DNA of 61,499 nt from a virus (IMGVR_UViG_3300031215_000016:1-61499); one strand, 5' to 3'; numbered from the stretch's first letter, positions 45,966 through 55,254 are shown. The notes: generated from the letters alone by a model not told the origin. Translations and numbers: made by a program.

Positions 45966-46825
45966 TGCTCTACTACTAATGCAACAGTAGAACCACAAGA
46001 ATCACAAGTACTTTCAGTAAAAAATCCCAACACAGGCAACTCATAAAAAACTATCGCTTCTTTAAGTTTTTTAAGGTCTTTAATACCTAACAACTCATTT
46101 AGAAGCTTTATGGTTTTGTACGGTCTTACCTGAGTGTTAGTTAATTCTATTTCTTCGCCATCAACACCCACTTTAGCGGAAACAATACAATCAAGTATCA
46201 TGTGTCTCCAAAAATGTATAGTGTCTTCTCCCTTTATGTAACGCTCATTGTTTATGGCGTCTTTTAGTTTCGGTGCTCTAAGAACAAACTTGGTTATTCT
46301 CTTGCCATCAATTTCGGGTTCCAATAATTCTCCTTTAGGATTCTTAGGTGAGTTGTAGATTATCTCTGCGCTCAACTCATATTCTTTACTAGTAAGGTGG
46401 TGTAAATCTTCGCCAGAATCTACAAGCTCTTTGTGCTCAGGAATAAAATCTACTTTGTTTAAGTCCAAGTCTTTTGAGCCTTTGTGCCCACAACTACCAC
46501 AACCATAGGGTTGGTTTTCTAATATGTCTTGCCAAGCTGTGCGGTGAATCTCTACCATGGCGGTGTTCGCGTCACTAAGGAAAAGATTTGTTATGGCGCT
46601 AGGCACGGCAAAGGTTTTATTTTTTAAATAAGCCTCTCTAACATCGTGACAGATTTCTCTGCTACCTAAAGAAGCGATTGTAGCGCTAAGGATGTTGGCT
46701 ACTGTTGTGTACGGCTTTTCGTTTCTTTTTTTAAGGATTATTTCTTCTGCCACCCCGTTAACTACTGCTATTTCGTAGTCATTTACTGATGACTCTCCTA
46801 CTTTAATTCCAATGGGTAATTTCAT
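45944..46825 (-). CDS. Tail/baseplate assembly chaperone with two CxxC pairs (T4 gp26/gp51-like)
   Basis: CGSCG and CDSCG; between tube and tape measure; start taken at MKLPIG (46825) because 46870 lies inside a terminator. Confidence 0.75.
   Translation of the reverse strand: MKLPIGIKVGESSVNDYEIAVVNGVAEEIILKKRNEKPYTTVANILSATIASLGSREICHDVREAYLKNKTFAVPSAITNLFLSDANTAMVEIHRTAWQDILENQPYGCGSCGHKGSKDLDLNKVDFIPEHKELVDSGEDLHHLTSKEYELSAEIIYNSPKNPKGELLEPEIDGKRITKFVLRAPKLKDAINNERYIKGEDTIHFWRHMILDCIVSAKVGVDGEEIELTNTQVRPYKTIKLLNELLGIKDLKKLKEAIVFYELPVLGFFTESTCDSCGSTVALVVEQGNFFAE
45953..45965 (-). other. Programmed -1 ribosomal frameshift site
   Basis: G GGA AAT TTT TTC two codons before the TAG; contains three in-phase X XXY YYZ heptamers. 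Confidence 0.75.
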
Positions 46826-46849
46826 ATATGATAATTTTTTGTGCGGAAC

Positions 46850-46892
46850 AAAAATAAAAAAATCCCCCATAACATAACATCGTGAGGGATTT
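46850..46892 (-). terminator. Intrinsic terminator after the tail tube gene
   Basis: AAATCCCTCAC...ATGGGGGATTT stem followed by TTTTATTTTT. Confidence 0.65.
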
Positions 46893-46915
46893 CAACCAAC
46901 GTATAAAACAGAATG

Positions 46916-47410
46916 TTAACCGATAACGGAATTAAGTACTGGCGTAACCAAGTTGGGTTGGTTAGTCACATCGAACTGTAAAGGAACCATGTAAGCATCG
47001 TCAATTGTTGCTGGGTAAGTAACAACGAATTTTTCTCGTCCCTCAACATTAAAGTCTGGGAACTGTATTGCTGACATTCTAAAATCTTTCAACAACATAG
47101 AAAAAACATCTATTTGCTTGTGTCTCTTAGTAGCAACAATGTCAATTTTGTAGCCCTGCTTTATACAAGCAATGGCAAAAATTTGGAGCGCATAATCATT
47201 AACGTCTGACTGAAAAGGTCTAGTCAGTGTTATATCGGAGTAGTCAACTATTTGGTCAGAAAACTTTTTCTTCTTATTGGTCACACCATCCACAGTCTCA
47301 ACGCTCTCGCCCCCTATACTTAAACCAGTAAGGGTCTCAAAGTGCGGCTCAACTAGGCCCGGTATTCCCTCAAGAATCCAACCATTAGTTACCATTAAAT
47401 CTTTTACCAT
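46916..47410 (-). CDS. Tail tube protein (T4 gp19-like)
   Basis: F.TLTGLS...YSDITLTRP; 164 aa directly after the sheath gene. Confidence 0.85.
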   Translation of the reverse strand: MVKDLMVTNGWILEGIPGLVEPHFETLTGLSIGGESVETVDGVTNKKKKFSDQIVDYSDITLTRPFQSDVNDYALQIFAIACIKQGYKIDIVATKRHKQIDVFSMLLKDFRMSAIQFPDFNVEGREKFVVTYPATIDDAYMVPLQFDVTNQPNLVTPVLNSVIG

Positions 47411-47420
47411 ATCTAAGTTT

Positions 47421-49223
47421 TTATGAAACTAATAAAGCTCCATCGTTTCTATTTATCCTCAAAGTTACGGTTTCTGAGCATTCAGTAGGGATGTACTGAA
47501 CTTCAAAGTTTCTAACTTTTCTGTCCTGCGTAGCTGGGTTAAGTGTTGAGCCAGACAAAATGATACAAGCTTCTGAAAACGGTATGCTATTTTCGAGGGC
47601 TTCTTCATCGTATTCATTACCAAAAAATGCGGTAAGGAAGTTAACCACCTGATTATCGAAACGAGGGGTTATGGGTACTTGTAGTGTCCAAGCTAAGTTG
47701 TCTACAAAAATCTTGCGGTAGTAGTTAGCTTGAATAACCAGGTGGATAGAGTGCCATAAAGTGTTGGTACTCATGGTTCGAGAACTTAACATGTAAATTC
47801 CTAGACCATCCGTTTTAACGGCCACGTTAACTAGATAATCTCGAACACGAGTATTTATCTTAACGTTTTCGGCTGGTGACAACTTAGGAAAGTAGTCAGT
47901 TGCGCCTAAAGCTGCTGTGTTTATTCCAGCAGGCGGAGTATGAACTCTTCCACCGTTTTCTAGTTGCGCTTTTAAAAAGCCAGCACCCATAACATAACCA
48001 ACAGACGGAACAAAAACTTGCTTGTCTTGCGAAGCGCTATACACTTTTAGCCAGAAATCATAACAAGCAATTGAAGGCTCGTTTGCGCTGCTTAGCGTAG
48101 AGTAGTAAAGCTCTCTAGTGTCGTCAGTAGCATTGTACGGTAAATTGGCCAAGTAGATTGTATAGTTAGCGGCTGCCCAAATCTGTCCTTGAACGGCCAT
48201 TTCTACACTCATGTGGTCAACAACGGTAACGGCTTTTAAATAAACACCATCAAGAGCGGCCAAACCAAGACCTTCAGTTGTTGGGTATGCGTCTGATTCT
48301 GCTTCAGTGCCAGCATCACCGTTAGAAAAAGTAGTTGACGTAGAAACAGTCGGAGTAGAAAAAGTTAAATCAGAAATAAGTCCACCATTATTCGGAGTTA
48401 CCGGAACACCAGAGTTAGCTAATTTAACAGTAATACTAAACAGGGAAGTGGTCGGGCTAGTTTCTATGGAGTACACGGAGATTATCTTACCAACAACGGT
48501 TCCTTGGTAACTAACACTTTCACCAACAGTAACAGCGGCAATAACTTCATTAACGATATTAGTCGGTAATGTAGCACCAATAACCCTTTGTTGGTTTCCA
48601 TAAGAATTGAAAGTTTCAGTAGTAGCAGAAGCACTACTAGTATCGGCATCAGGAACAGACGCATTAGGTGTCGGAGTTCCTGTAACAGTAACGTACTTGC
48701 TTTCGTTTGTTAAGAACGCTACAATATTTGCAAAAGTATCTTTCTCTACTTCCTCAACAACAACTCCATTAGGGTCTGTTAAAGTCCACTTGTAGGGTGT
48801 GTCTGTAACCGCAGAAGCGGAAGCAATAGAGACTTTAGGGGAGTAACCATTTAACCATACGCCTGGGTCTTCTTCTCCAAGATAACCAGCCACTAAATCA
48901 ATAGATAAACTAGTTCCCGGTTCATCAACAGAAGCGGTAGCAGCAACGGCATCGGAAGCGACAATACGAACGCCATAAATTTTAGGGGTAGCTTGACCTG
49001 CATTGTCTATAAGTAGCTTAACCACTTCAGCGCCATACAAGTTTTTATCACTTCCCCCAAAAATTTCAGCGTCTTCCTCAACAGAAGAGTAAATAAACGC
49101 CTTATTAGGTACTCCCCTTTTTCTACGAAACACTAAACCCAAAGAGTTCGTGTCTGGTAGTTGGGGGGTGTTTAGGCCATTGGCCACACCATTTAAGACA
49201 TTCAATCCAACATTGTTAGACAT
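47421..49223 (-). CDS. Tail sheath protein
   Basis: PGVWLNG, VPSVG...G, HTPPAG, SRTMS, C-terminal P....E.V; upstream of the tube gene. Confidence 0.88.
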   Translation of the reverse strand: MSNNVGLNVLNGVANGLNTPQLPDTNSLGLVFRRKRGVPNKAFIYSSVEEDAEIFGGSDKNLYGAEVVKLLIDNAGQATPKIYGVRIVASDAVAATASVDEPGTSLSIDLVAGYLGEEDPGVWLNGYSPKVSIASASAVTDTPYKWTLTDPNGVVVEEVEKDTFANIVAFLTNESKYVTVTGTPTPNASVPDADTSSASATTETFNSYGNQQRVIGATLPTNIVNEVIAAVTVGESVSYQGTVVGKIISVYSIETSPTTSLFSITVKLANSGVPVTPNNGGLISDLTFSTPTVSTSTTFSNGDAGTEAESDAYPTTEGLGLAALDGVYLKAVTVVDHMSVEMAVQGQIWAAANYTIYLANLPYNATDDTRELYYSTLSSANEPSIACYDFWLKVYSASQDKQVFVPSVGYVMGAGFLKAQLENGGRVHTPPAGINTAALGATDYFPKLSPAENVKINTRVRDYLVNVAVKTDGLGIYMLSSRTMSTNTLWHSIHLVIQANYYRKIFVDNLAWTLQVPITPRFDNQVVNFLTAFFGNEYDEEALENSIPFSEACIILSGSTLNPATQDRKVRNFEVQYIPTECSETVTLRINRNDGALLVS

Positions 49224-49270
49224 TTTTGAATGAATTTATGTTAATAAAAAAAATACTGCTAAACCCTTAG

Positions 49271-49278
49271 CAAATATA
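49271..49278 (-). promoter_or_regulatory. TAnnTTTG promoter box upstream of the sheath gene
   Basis: TATATTTG, intergenic, 47 nt before the sheath ATG. Confidence 0.5.
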
Positions 49279-49333
49279 GTAAAAGTGTTTTTAGGGGGTA
49301 AGGACAAAAATCAAATTAAATCCTGTAGCTACT

Positions 49334-49420
49334 CTAGCAGCGTTTGGACTTATACTTTGCGCTTGTCTTAGTACCAACCCTAGGCATAATTTTGCTAGAC
49401 TTCATCTTAGCTTTTTTCAT
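49334..49420 (-). CDS. 28-aa Lys-rich peptide (MKKAKMKSSKIMPRVGTKTSAKYKSKRC)
   Basis: Manual translation; ATG 6 nt after the preceding stop. Confidence 0.55.
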   Translation of the reverse strand: MKKAKMKSSKIMPRVGTKTSAKYKSKRC

Positions 49421-49426
49421 GGCAAT

Positions 49427-49720
49427 TTATTTTATGGATTTATTTATTTTACACAAATTTACGGCAAATACATTAGAGTTCGTAGCTGGAACCACATAAG
49501 ACTCACCATTAAAAACCTCTAAAGAGCTTCCACCATCGTGGGATATAGGTAGAGTAAAGTGTCCATTAGCTACAAACTTTATAACTTCTTCTTTTTTCTT
49601 CGCACCCTTAACCACTTTATAGGGCTCTTTTTTAGAAGATTTGGGTTCGGTGCTTTCAGTTTCTACTGCTTTGGATTGGTCTGGTTTCTCAGACTCATAA
49701 ATTTTTTTCTTGCTAGGCAT
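49427..49720 (-). CDS. Hypothetical virion-module protein
   Basis: ORF overlapping the upstream stop. Confidence 0.65.
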   Translation of the reverse strand: MPSKKKIYESEKPDQSKAVETESTEPKSSKKEPYKVVKGAKKKEEVIKFVANGHFTLPISHDGGSSLEVFNGESYVVPATNSNVFAVNLCKINKSIK

Positions 49721-50384
49721 CTATTTTAATTTTTGGGGTTAATACAATGTTTAACTCATTAACAATCGGTAATATCTGCGGGTCGCCAGAAGAAATCCAA
49801 ACCTCTAAAGTAAAGGTGTAAACGTCTTGCAGAACTCCATCGGGTCTGGGAATTTCTGTGTGCTCAACGAAATAGAAAAATCTCTCTTTTATCTTTACCG
49901 GCTCGTCATTATATAGTTTGTAGACTTCATAACCATCAAATTCAAGAACACCTCTACTGCCGAAGGTTTGAAGCATTAACAGTCTTGCGGAATCTCTGTC
50001 CATAAAATCCTTAAATACGAAATGCACATCGTATTTAAAATCAAAAAGAAAGGGGCGGTAAAAAACAGGAAGGTGTTTAATTATATTCTCGTCAGCTAGT
50101 TCTTCTTCTGTGAGCTTTTTAGAGGAAGAGTCTGTAAGCTCGTTACCTATATACTCGTAATTAAAAACGTCATTGTCTGACTTATCAGAAGGCACGGGCA
50201 TTAAAGGTGTAAGAGCAAATGCTGGATACTGTTCTGGTTTAGCTTGACCAAAGTTCTTGGCAGAGCGTTGAGACACATAACCGGGAATCTTAGTGCCATT
50301 GGGCAGGGTTATGGGTGTATTAAATTTTCTACCCATAAAGTACTTAAAGAATCCTTTGTTTACGTCTTCAATACTTAGAACCAT
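49713..50384 (-). CDS. Putative tail terminator/completion protein
   Basis: YPAFAL, P.LFDFKYDV.F, YTFTLEVW; upstream of the sheath. Confidence 0.55.
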   Translation of the reverse strand: MVLSIEDVNKGFFKYFMGRKFNTPITLPNGTKIPGYVSQRSAKNFGQAKPEQYPAFALTPLMPVPSDKSDNDVFNYEYIGNELTDSSSKKLTEEELADENIIKHLPVFYRPFLFDFKYDVHFVFKDFMDRDSARLLMLQTFGSRGVLEFDGYEVYKLYNDEPVKIKERFFYFVEHTEIPRPDGVLQDVYTFTLEVWISSGDPQILPIVNELNIVLTPKIKIDA

Positions 50385-50563
50385 TACTTACCAGATTTAT
50401 TTACTCTTGTCGAGGATTTTATATGACCACGAACTCTAATTCTTATCCCGCTTCCAGTTTTTTGGGTGTATCCATTAACGACTCCCCCAGAGCGGCTGTG
50501 ACTTTTAAGCTTTGAGCGTTTTTTTCTTGCTGACTTTTTTACGTTTAAATTCCTAGCGCCCAC
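50384..50563 (-). CDS. 59-aa highly basic protein (MGARNLNVKKSARKKRSKLKSHSRSGGVVNGYTQKTGSGIRIRVRGHIKSSTRVNKSGK)
   Basis: Manual translation; GTG overlaps the end of the upstream gene and TAA overlaps the next ATG. Confidence 0.7.
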   Translation of the reverse strand: MGARNLNVKKSARKKRSKLKSHSRSGGVVNGYTQKTGSGIRIRVRGHIKSSTRVNKSGK

Positions 50564-50858
50564 CAGTTTTTTTCTTAGTGTCTTTTTTACCTCTTTCTCT
50601 TCTGCGGTAATCTATCTTACCACTGGCTCTTTTCTCTCTTATACCATAACCTTTACCAGCTTTTTCGTGTCGAGAAACAGAAGTAGCTCTCCGTCTAGTT
50701 GCTCTAACGAGGATTACTTTTCCGTTTTTAAGTCTACGAGTGTGGGAAGTAGCGGTAGTCGCACCCCTCTTATGGGAAGAACGAATAATCTTCTTTTTGC
50801 CACCCTGTGTTCTCTTAGGCTTGTTGGTCGTAGATAAATCTGGATTTCCGTATCCCAT
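50553..50858 (-). CDS. 101-aa Arg/Lys-rich protamine-like protein
   Basis: Extremely basic composition; preceded by a TAnnTTTG box. Confidence 0.75.
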   Translation of the reverse strand: MGYGNPDLSTTNKPKRTQGGKKKIIRSSHKRGATTATSHTRRLKNGKVILVRATRRRATSVSRHEKAGKGYGIREKRASGKIDYRRRERGKKDTKKKTGGR

Positions 50859-50881
50859 CTGTCTGAAGAATTTTTGTTCTC

Positions 50882-50889
50882 CAAAGGTA
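50882..50889 (-). promoter_or_regulatory. TAnnTTTG promoter box upstream of the basic-protein genes
   Basis: TACCTTTG, intergenic, 23 nt before the ATG at 50858. Confidence 0.55.
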
Positions 50890-50897
50890 CAAATAAG

Positions 50898-51584
50898 TTA
50901 TTTAATGAATCTCTCTATTAATTGGCTGAGTTCTTTTTCCTTTTCTTGCAGTAATTCTCTGAGTATTGGTCGCCACACAGGTCGGGCAGGAATAGATAAA
51001 TCTGGATACCCAAACTCATTCATGTAATAGATTTGTATGTACTTTATTGGGGGTTGGCCATCTTTCTGACCAGCTCTTTTTGGATGAGTTCCTGGGTTTA
51101 TGTAAACGGTGTTTGTTTCTTTTATATGTCTTATTCCATTATTAAGGAAATCCCCAGACTCATAATATGGGGTGATTCGGTACACCCTACTGCTTCTTCT
51201 TCTTTTTATAGTGCTCGGACTTAGGGGAGCTGGCTTTACTGAACCAGTACCTCGGTAGGCTCTTCTTATTTTAGTGTATAAAGAGCGAGAAAAACTAGCT
51301 TCTAAGAGTTTTACTTCTTCTGTAAATCTCTCGTAATCATCCATAATAGAATTATCTATGCGCAACTGTTCTTCTCCGCCAACTCTTTTAGTTGTTCTCT
51401 TGAATTTACGTTGGTCTAGTTTTCCAGATTTGGTAAGTAGATTAAGGGATATTCCCCTGTCTGGGTCTGTCATACCAATGCCAGTCTGAACTCTCGATAA
51501 TAATGCGGAGCCAAGACCTCTGTATTGTCTAGTTAGTCGATTTTCTACGCTTTTTGCAGCGTATCTAGTTCTTTTATCCGCCAC
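50898..51584 (-). CDS. Neck/tail completion protein (virion morphogenesis family)
   Basis: PLSPSTIKRR and NEFG....IPARP.WRP motifs. Confidence 0.7.
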   Translation of the reverse strand: MADKRTRYAAKSVENRLTRQYRGLGSALLSRVQTGIGMTDPDRGISLNLLTKSGKLDQRKFKRTTKRVGGEEQLRIDNSIMDDYERFTEEVKLLEASFSRSLYTKIRRAYRGTGSVKPAPLSPSTIKRRRSSRVYRITPYYESGDFLNNGIRHIKETNTVYINPGTHPKRAGQKDGQPPIKYIQIYYMNEFGYPDLSIPARPVWRPILRELLQEKEKELSQLIERFIK

Positions 51585-52026
51585 CTCTTTTTGAAGTCTT
51601 TAATTGAAGCTGAATAGCAACACAGTCTCCAAACATCTCTTCTAAGTATCTGGCAAAAGAAATTACATATTCTTCTCCAAGGTAAGTTATTATTACAGTA
51701 TTGGTGTCGGGGAATTTCTTGAAACCAAACTTTTTGAACAGTTGTACTGGGGATATATATATAACAGCTTCGGTATCTTCTCTGATACCAAACCTAGTTC
51801 TGCTTTTTCCAATGGCTTCCAAGTCAAAAAGGCAATTGAGTGTTTCTTTCTTCTTGTACTCATGTAAAGAACCAACGGCTTTTTCGTACCCATCTTCACA
51901 ATCTTGTTCTAAGGCGTACAAAGAGTAGACTTCACAAGTAAGTGGGTTAACGGTTACTTGTCTGTGAAATCTGTTTCTAACATCGTAGAATTTTCTTTTA
52001 GTAAGTCTGTGGTACGTTAAAGACAT
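51574..52026 (-). CDS. Putative head closure/neck protein
   Basis: Size, beta-rich pattern and position after the adaptor. Confidence 0.5.
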   Translation of the reverse strand: MSLTYHRLTKRKFYDVRNRFHRQVTVNPLTCEVYSLYALEQDCEDGYEKAVGSLHEYKKKETLNCLFDLEAIGKSRTRFGIREDTEAVIYISPVQLFKKFGFKKFPDTNTVIITYLGEEYVISFARYLEEMFGDCVAIQLQLKTSKRGGG

Positions 52027-52027
52027 A

Positions 52028-53836
52028 TTATATTATTCCACCAGATGAATAAGAAGACGAACTGTCGGATATACTTCTTCCGCCACCAAAAATACCCCTA
52101 CTGTATGGAGATAATTGATATGGGTAAGAATCGAAGAAGGCCATGTAATTCATTTGAGTGGCTGGGTCTAGCTCTTCCACACCCTCAAGAACTTGATTAG
52201 AGCGGAGTGCATAATCTCTGTAAATGTCTTCAAATCTTTTTCTGATATGGCCCTGTAAGCGATACCAAAAATTAGCGTCATCGCCAAGAACATTATCTGC
52301 CCCAACTTGCCCAACTTTGTTGTCTCTTGAGTCTCCTGCGCCACCCGGCTTTTCTCTCATAGTGAATACGGAGCCAATTTGAACTTCTAACTCGCTTGTT
52401 AGGCTGTTGTTTCCACCAATTAAGGAAGAAAACCCAGTAGATAAATCTAAGTTATCGGCTCCACCCATGAGACCTTGACCGGCCATTTCATAAGCTCTTC
52501 TATCTTCTACTGCATAGAAAGAAACCCAAAGCATCATGTGGTCAACCATTTTTTCGGGTAATCCCATGATGTTAACTTCAATGCTTTCTGATAATCTAAA
52601 CCCCCTAGAATAGTAGTATTGGAAATATCTTTCTAAAAGGTTTCTATAATGGTCGTCATCAAAAAAACTCTTGCGGTATATGGCGGCAGGCTCATCGTCT
52701 TTTAGGTTGGCTAAATACGTCTCGACTAGAGTTGTTGGGGGGTCTGAGGTTATTAGTGTAGGCCAGAAATCTAAGTCAAATAGATTGTTGTTGTTAGACT
52801 TCATCTTTGTGCCCAAATCTATAATGTCAATAGCATCAGAAAAAGGAAAGCTTTTAGTCTCAAAATCCTCTAATTCTATTGGGTATGTAGGGTCTTTGTA
52901 GGTTATGTTAAAATTGTAATAACCGATAACGTTGCCAGTATCTTTACTCTTAACACTAATAGTAAATACGTGTGGTTGGACAACTGTGCTAACTGATTGC
53001 TCGTAAGTATGCCTGTCGTCAAAGTCGATAAATGGTAAAAAACTAGCGGTTATGTCGCCAGAAAAATCGGCAGGAATTTCTACGTCATATTGTGTCTTGT
53101 AAGGGAAAAACCCCTCAACAAATTCACCATTAATAAACAACTCTTTTATCAGTGGACATTCGTTCTTTTCAAACGTGTAAATTCTTTGAACGCCCGATAC
53201 TGCTGTTGTCAGGGAAATGCCAGAAATAGTATTGATGGAAGTGGTAGGTTGAAGTGATGGGTCTTGAAGAACCACCCTTACTTCTGAAGTACTTACAGGT
53301 AACTCAAAATCTTCGGGAACATAAATGTTAGATGCGTTGGTAAAATCGGCATCGGTTACAGGTTGGCTGTCAAAATAAGGACAGCTTACCCTTTTAACTG
53401 TTAAGGATAAAAGCTGCTTATCGTTTCTTCTGTTGACTGTTATTGTGTACGTTCTATTGTTTGATTCATCCGAACTTGTGGTTACTAACGTCACAATAGA
53501 TTTTAAACTGTTTACAACATTTTCGGCCTCAACCACCTCTATGTCGTCTAACGTCTTTCTATATGATATTTTCCCTGGTCTTTTGAAATCTATAAAGACT
53601 TCGTATTCTAAACGGTCGGGGTTAAAGTTCGGGAAGGTAGTACCATCAATAAGAAGTTTGGATAAAGAATCTATCTTAGACTCCTTAACCAAACTTACTT
53701 TTGAATCAGTAACTCTTAGGCCAACATTTTCTGAGTTTGATGGCTTTTTCTGTATTAAGTAAGCCGGTTGTGGGAATTGGTCTAAGGTGATTTCTCTTAT
53801 ACCCCTAACCACATTCTCAAATGTTATGTCAGCCAT
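52028..53836 (-). CDS. Putative head-tail adaptor carrying cadherin-like beta-sandwich domains
   Basis: Two L..L.I.G....F.P....Y.V...YT/YN.I modules; helical C-terminal part; second gene after the capsid gene. Confidence 0.55.
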   Translation of the reverse strand: MADITFENVVRGIREITLDQFPQPAYLIQKKPSNSENVGLRVTDSKVSLVKESKIDSLSKLLIDGTTFPNFNPDRLEYEVFIDFKRPGKISYRKTLDDIEVVEAENVVNSLKSIVTLVTTSSDESNNRTYTITVNRRNDKQLLSLTVKRVSCPYFDSQPVTDADFTNASNIYVPEDFELPVSTSEVRVVLQDPSLQPTTSINTISGISLTTAVSGVQRIYTFEKNECPLIKELFINGEFVEGFFPYKTQYDVEIPADFSGDITASFLPFIDFDDRHTYEQSVSTVVQPHVFTISVKSKDTGNVIGYYNFNITYKDPTYPIELEDFETKSFPFSDAIDIIDLGTKMKSNNNNLFDLDFWPTLITSDPPTTLVETYLANLKDDEPAAIYRKSFFDDDHYRNLLERYFQYYYSRGFRLSESIEVNIMGLPEKMVDHMMLWVSFYAVEDRRAYEMAGQGLMGGADNLDLSTGFSSLIGGNNSLTSELEVQIGSVFTMREKPGGAGDSRDNKVGQVGADNVLGDDANFWYRLQGHIRKRFEDIYRDYALRSNQVLEGVEELDPATQMNYMAFFDSYPYQLSPYSRGIFGGGRSISDSSSSYSSGGII

Positions 53837-53851
53837 AGCGTTTCTTTGTTT

Positions 53852-54127
53852 TTAGATTATAACCTTGCCAACTTTTGAAAGCATAGAAGCTAATGTTTTA
53901 GGCAATTCGTAGGTCTTTCCAGCTACAATGTTGTAGTCTTTGTTACCATAGTTGCTAGTCCAAGTCTTAACAGCTTTAACCTTTACGGTCTCTTCTTTTG
54001 CGCTGTCTTTTTTAACTTCGGCTACAACTGGTGTAACTTCTGCTGCTTTTTCTGCTGCTGCTTTTTCTGCTGCTGCTTTTTCTGCTGCTGCTTTTTCTGC
54101 TGCTGTTTGAGTTTTCTTCTCAGGCAT
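53852..54127 (-). CDS. Small head-associated protein with AAEKA repeats
   Basis: Directly after the capsid gene; C-terminal G..Y....GK.YELP...A..L motif. Confidence 0.7.
   Translation of the reverse strand: MPEKKTQTAAEKAAAEKAAAEKAAAEKAAEVTPVVAEVKKDSAKEETVKVKAVKTWTSNYGNKDYNIVAGKTYELPKTLASMLSKVGKVII
54038..54105 (-). repeat. 15-bp tandem repeat, about 4.5 copies (GCAGCAGCAGAAAAA)
   Basis: Encodes AAEKAAAEKAAAEKAAAEKAAE. Confidence 0.9.
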
Positions 54128-54146
54128 TTTTGGGTAATTTTAAATG

Positions 54147-54174
54147 AAAAATAAGGGGGGATTTTAGTCCCCCC
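54147..54174 (-). terminator. Intrinsic terminator after the major capsid gene
   Basis: GGGGGGA-CTAAAA-TCCCCCC then TTATTTTT. Confidence 0.8.
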
Positions 54175-54184
54175 AATGAAAAAC

Positions 54185-55207
54185 TTAGGCGTGTTGGGTA
54201 ATTACTTTGAAAACATTGCGGTCTTCTAGTATTCCAGCACCCCAGATACCGTACCATGCAAGTCCATGCTTACGGCCAAAATCTTGAACACCATCGTCAC
54301 GAAGCTCTGCTTCAACGGCAACACCCCAAGCATAAGCATTTTCACCAAATGCAACGGCTTCGTGGTTATCGTCATTAGTAACTCCGGTATATCCTGCTGT
54401 TACAGCTTCGGCAGCGGTAGCGTATATAGGCATGTTTGTGGTTTCGATAAAAATCATACCCTCGTACATACCAGCTTCACCAACATATAACTGTCTACGA
54501 CCGTTGTATTTATTGGCTTCAATCCAATTGTTGTCATCACGTAAAGAACGCAATTGAGATGGAGTAGCGAAACAAACAAAGTAGTCTCCTTCAAAACGCG
54601 GAGAGTTGTTGCTCGCTAATCGCTCAACCAAGGTCTTAACTGTTGCAGTGTTGAACTTGGCAGTAGCGTTTCCATCTGCTCCGTTATAAGCGGTAGCATC
54701 GGCCAAAGAACCATCACCAAATAGAATATTGGTAGTTTCTAGTGCGGCATTGCGCAATAAAGTGTCTACGGAAGTTGCTAAGTGGTTCGCCAAAATACGA
54801 GAAGATTCACCCATAATGTCTTGAAAAGACGTCTGTAGTAAAAACTCAGTAACTTGGATTGCTTTACCTTGCTCCTTTACGGTAATGGTAATCTCACTAG
54901 CTGATAGATTTGTCTTTTCTAAGTCTGTTCCTTCAGTAAGTTCTGAGCCACCAGTCAAGTTGTTATACTTGGTAAAGATTATCGACTTACCCTTTACGGC
55001 TTGAAAGTCTACTTTTTTCTTGGCGAACTGCACAAACTTTTGTCGAGGTTGAGCTTCAAAAAGAATTTCACGGGAATACAAATCTCGAACTGCGGGGTCT
55101 AATGTAACATATCCACCACCAGAAGTACTGGCAGAAGAAGTGCTGTCTGCTGCGAAGCCAAAAAAGGCCGAGAAGACTAGCATAACAAATGAAATAATAA
55201 AAGTCAT
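54185..55207 (-). CDS. Major capsid protein (N4-gp56-like HK97 fold)
   Basis: GKSIIFTKYNNL...LTEG, EQG.AI..T, GEAG.YEG..FIET, DFGR...LAWYGIWG; after the scaffold gene and followed by a terminator. Confidence 0.9.
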   Translation of the reverse strand: MTFIISFVMLVFSAFFGFAADSTSSASTSGGGYVTLDPAVRDLYSREILFEAQPRQKFVQFAKKKVDFQAVKGKSIIFTKYNNLTGGSELTEGTDLEKTNLSASEITITVKEQGKAIQVTEFLLQTSFQDIMGESSRILANHLATSVDTLLRNAALETTNILFGDGSLADATAYNGADGNATAKFNTATVKTLVERLASNNSPRFEGDYFVCFATPSQLRSLRDDNNWIEANKYNGRRQLYVGEAGMYEGMIFIETTNMPIYATAAEAVTAGYTGVTNDDNHEAVAFGENAYAWGVAVEAELRDDGVQDFGRKHGLAWYGIWGAGILEDRNVFKVITQHA

Positions 55208-55254
55208 TTTTCTTGTAAATAAAGTTAAACTATCGGTTAGTGAAGACTATTTAA

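Noticed and set aside
36741-49223. Stand-alone extracellular contractile injection system or tailocin
   Set aside because: The tail genes are contiguous with capsid, portal, terminase and replication genes, so this is a complete phage.
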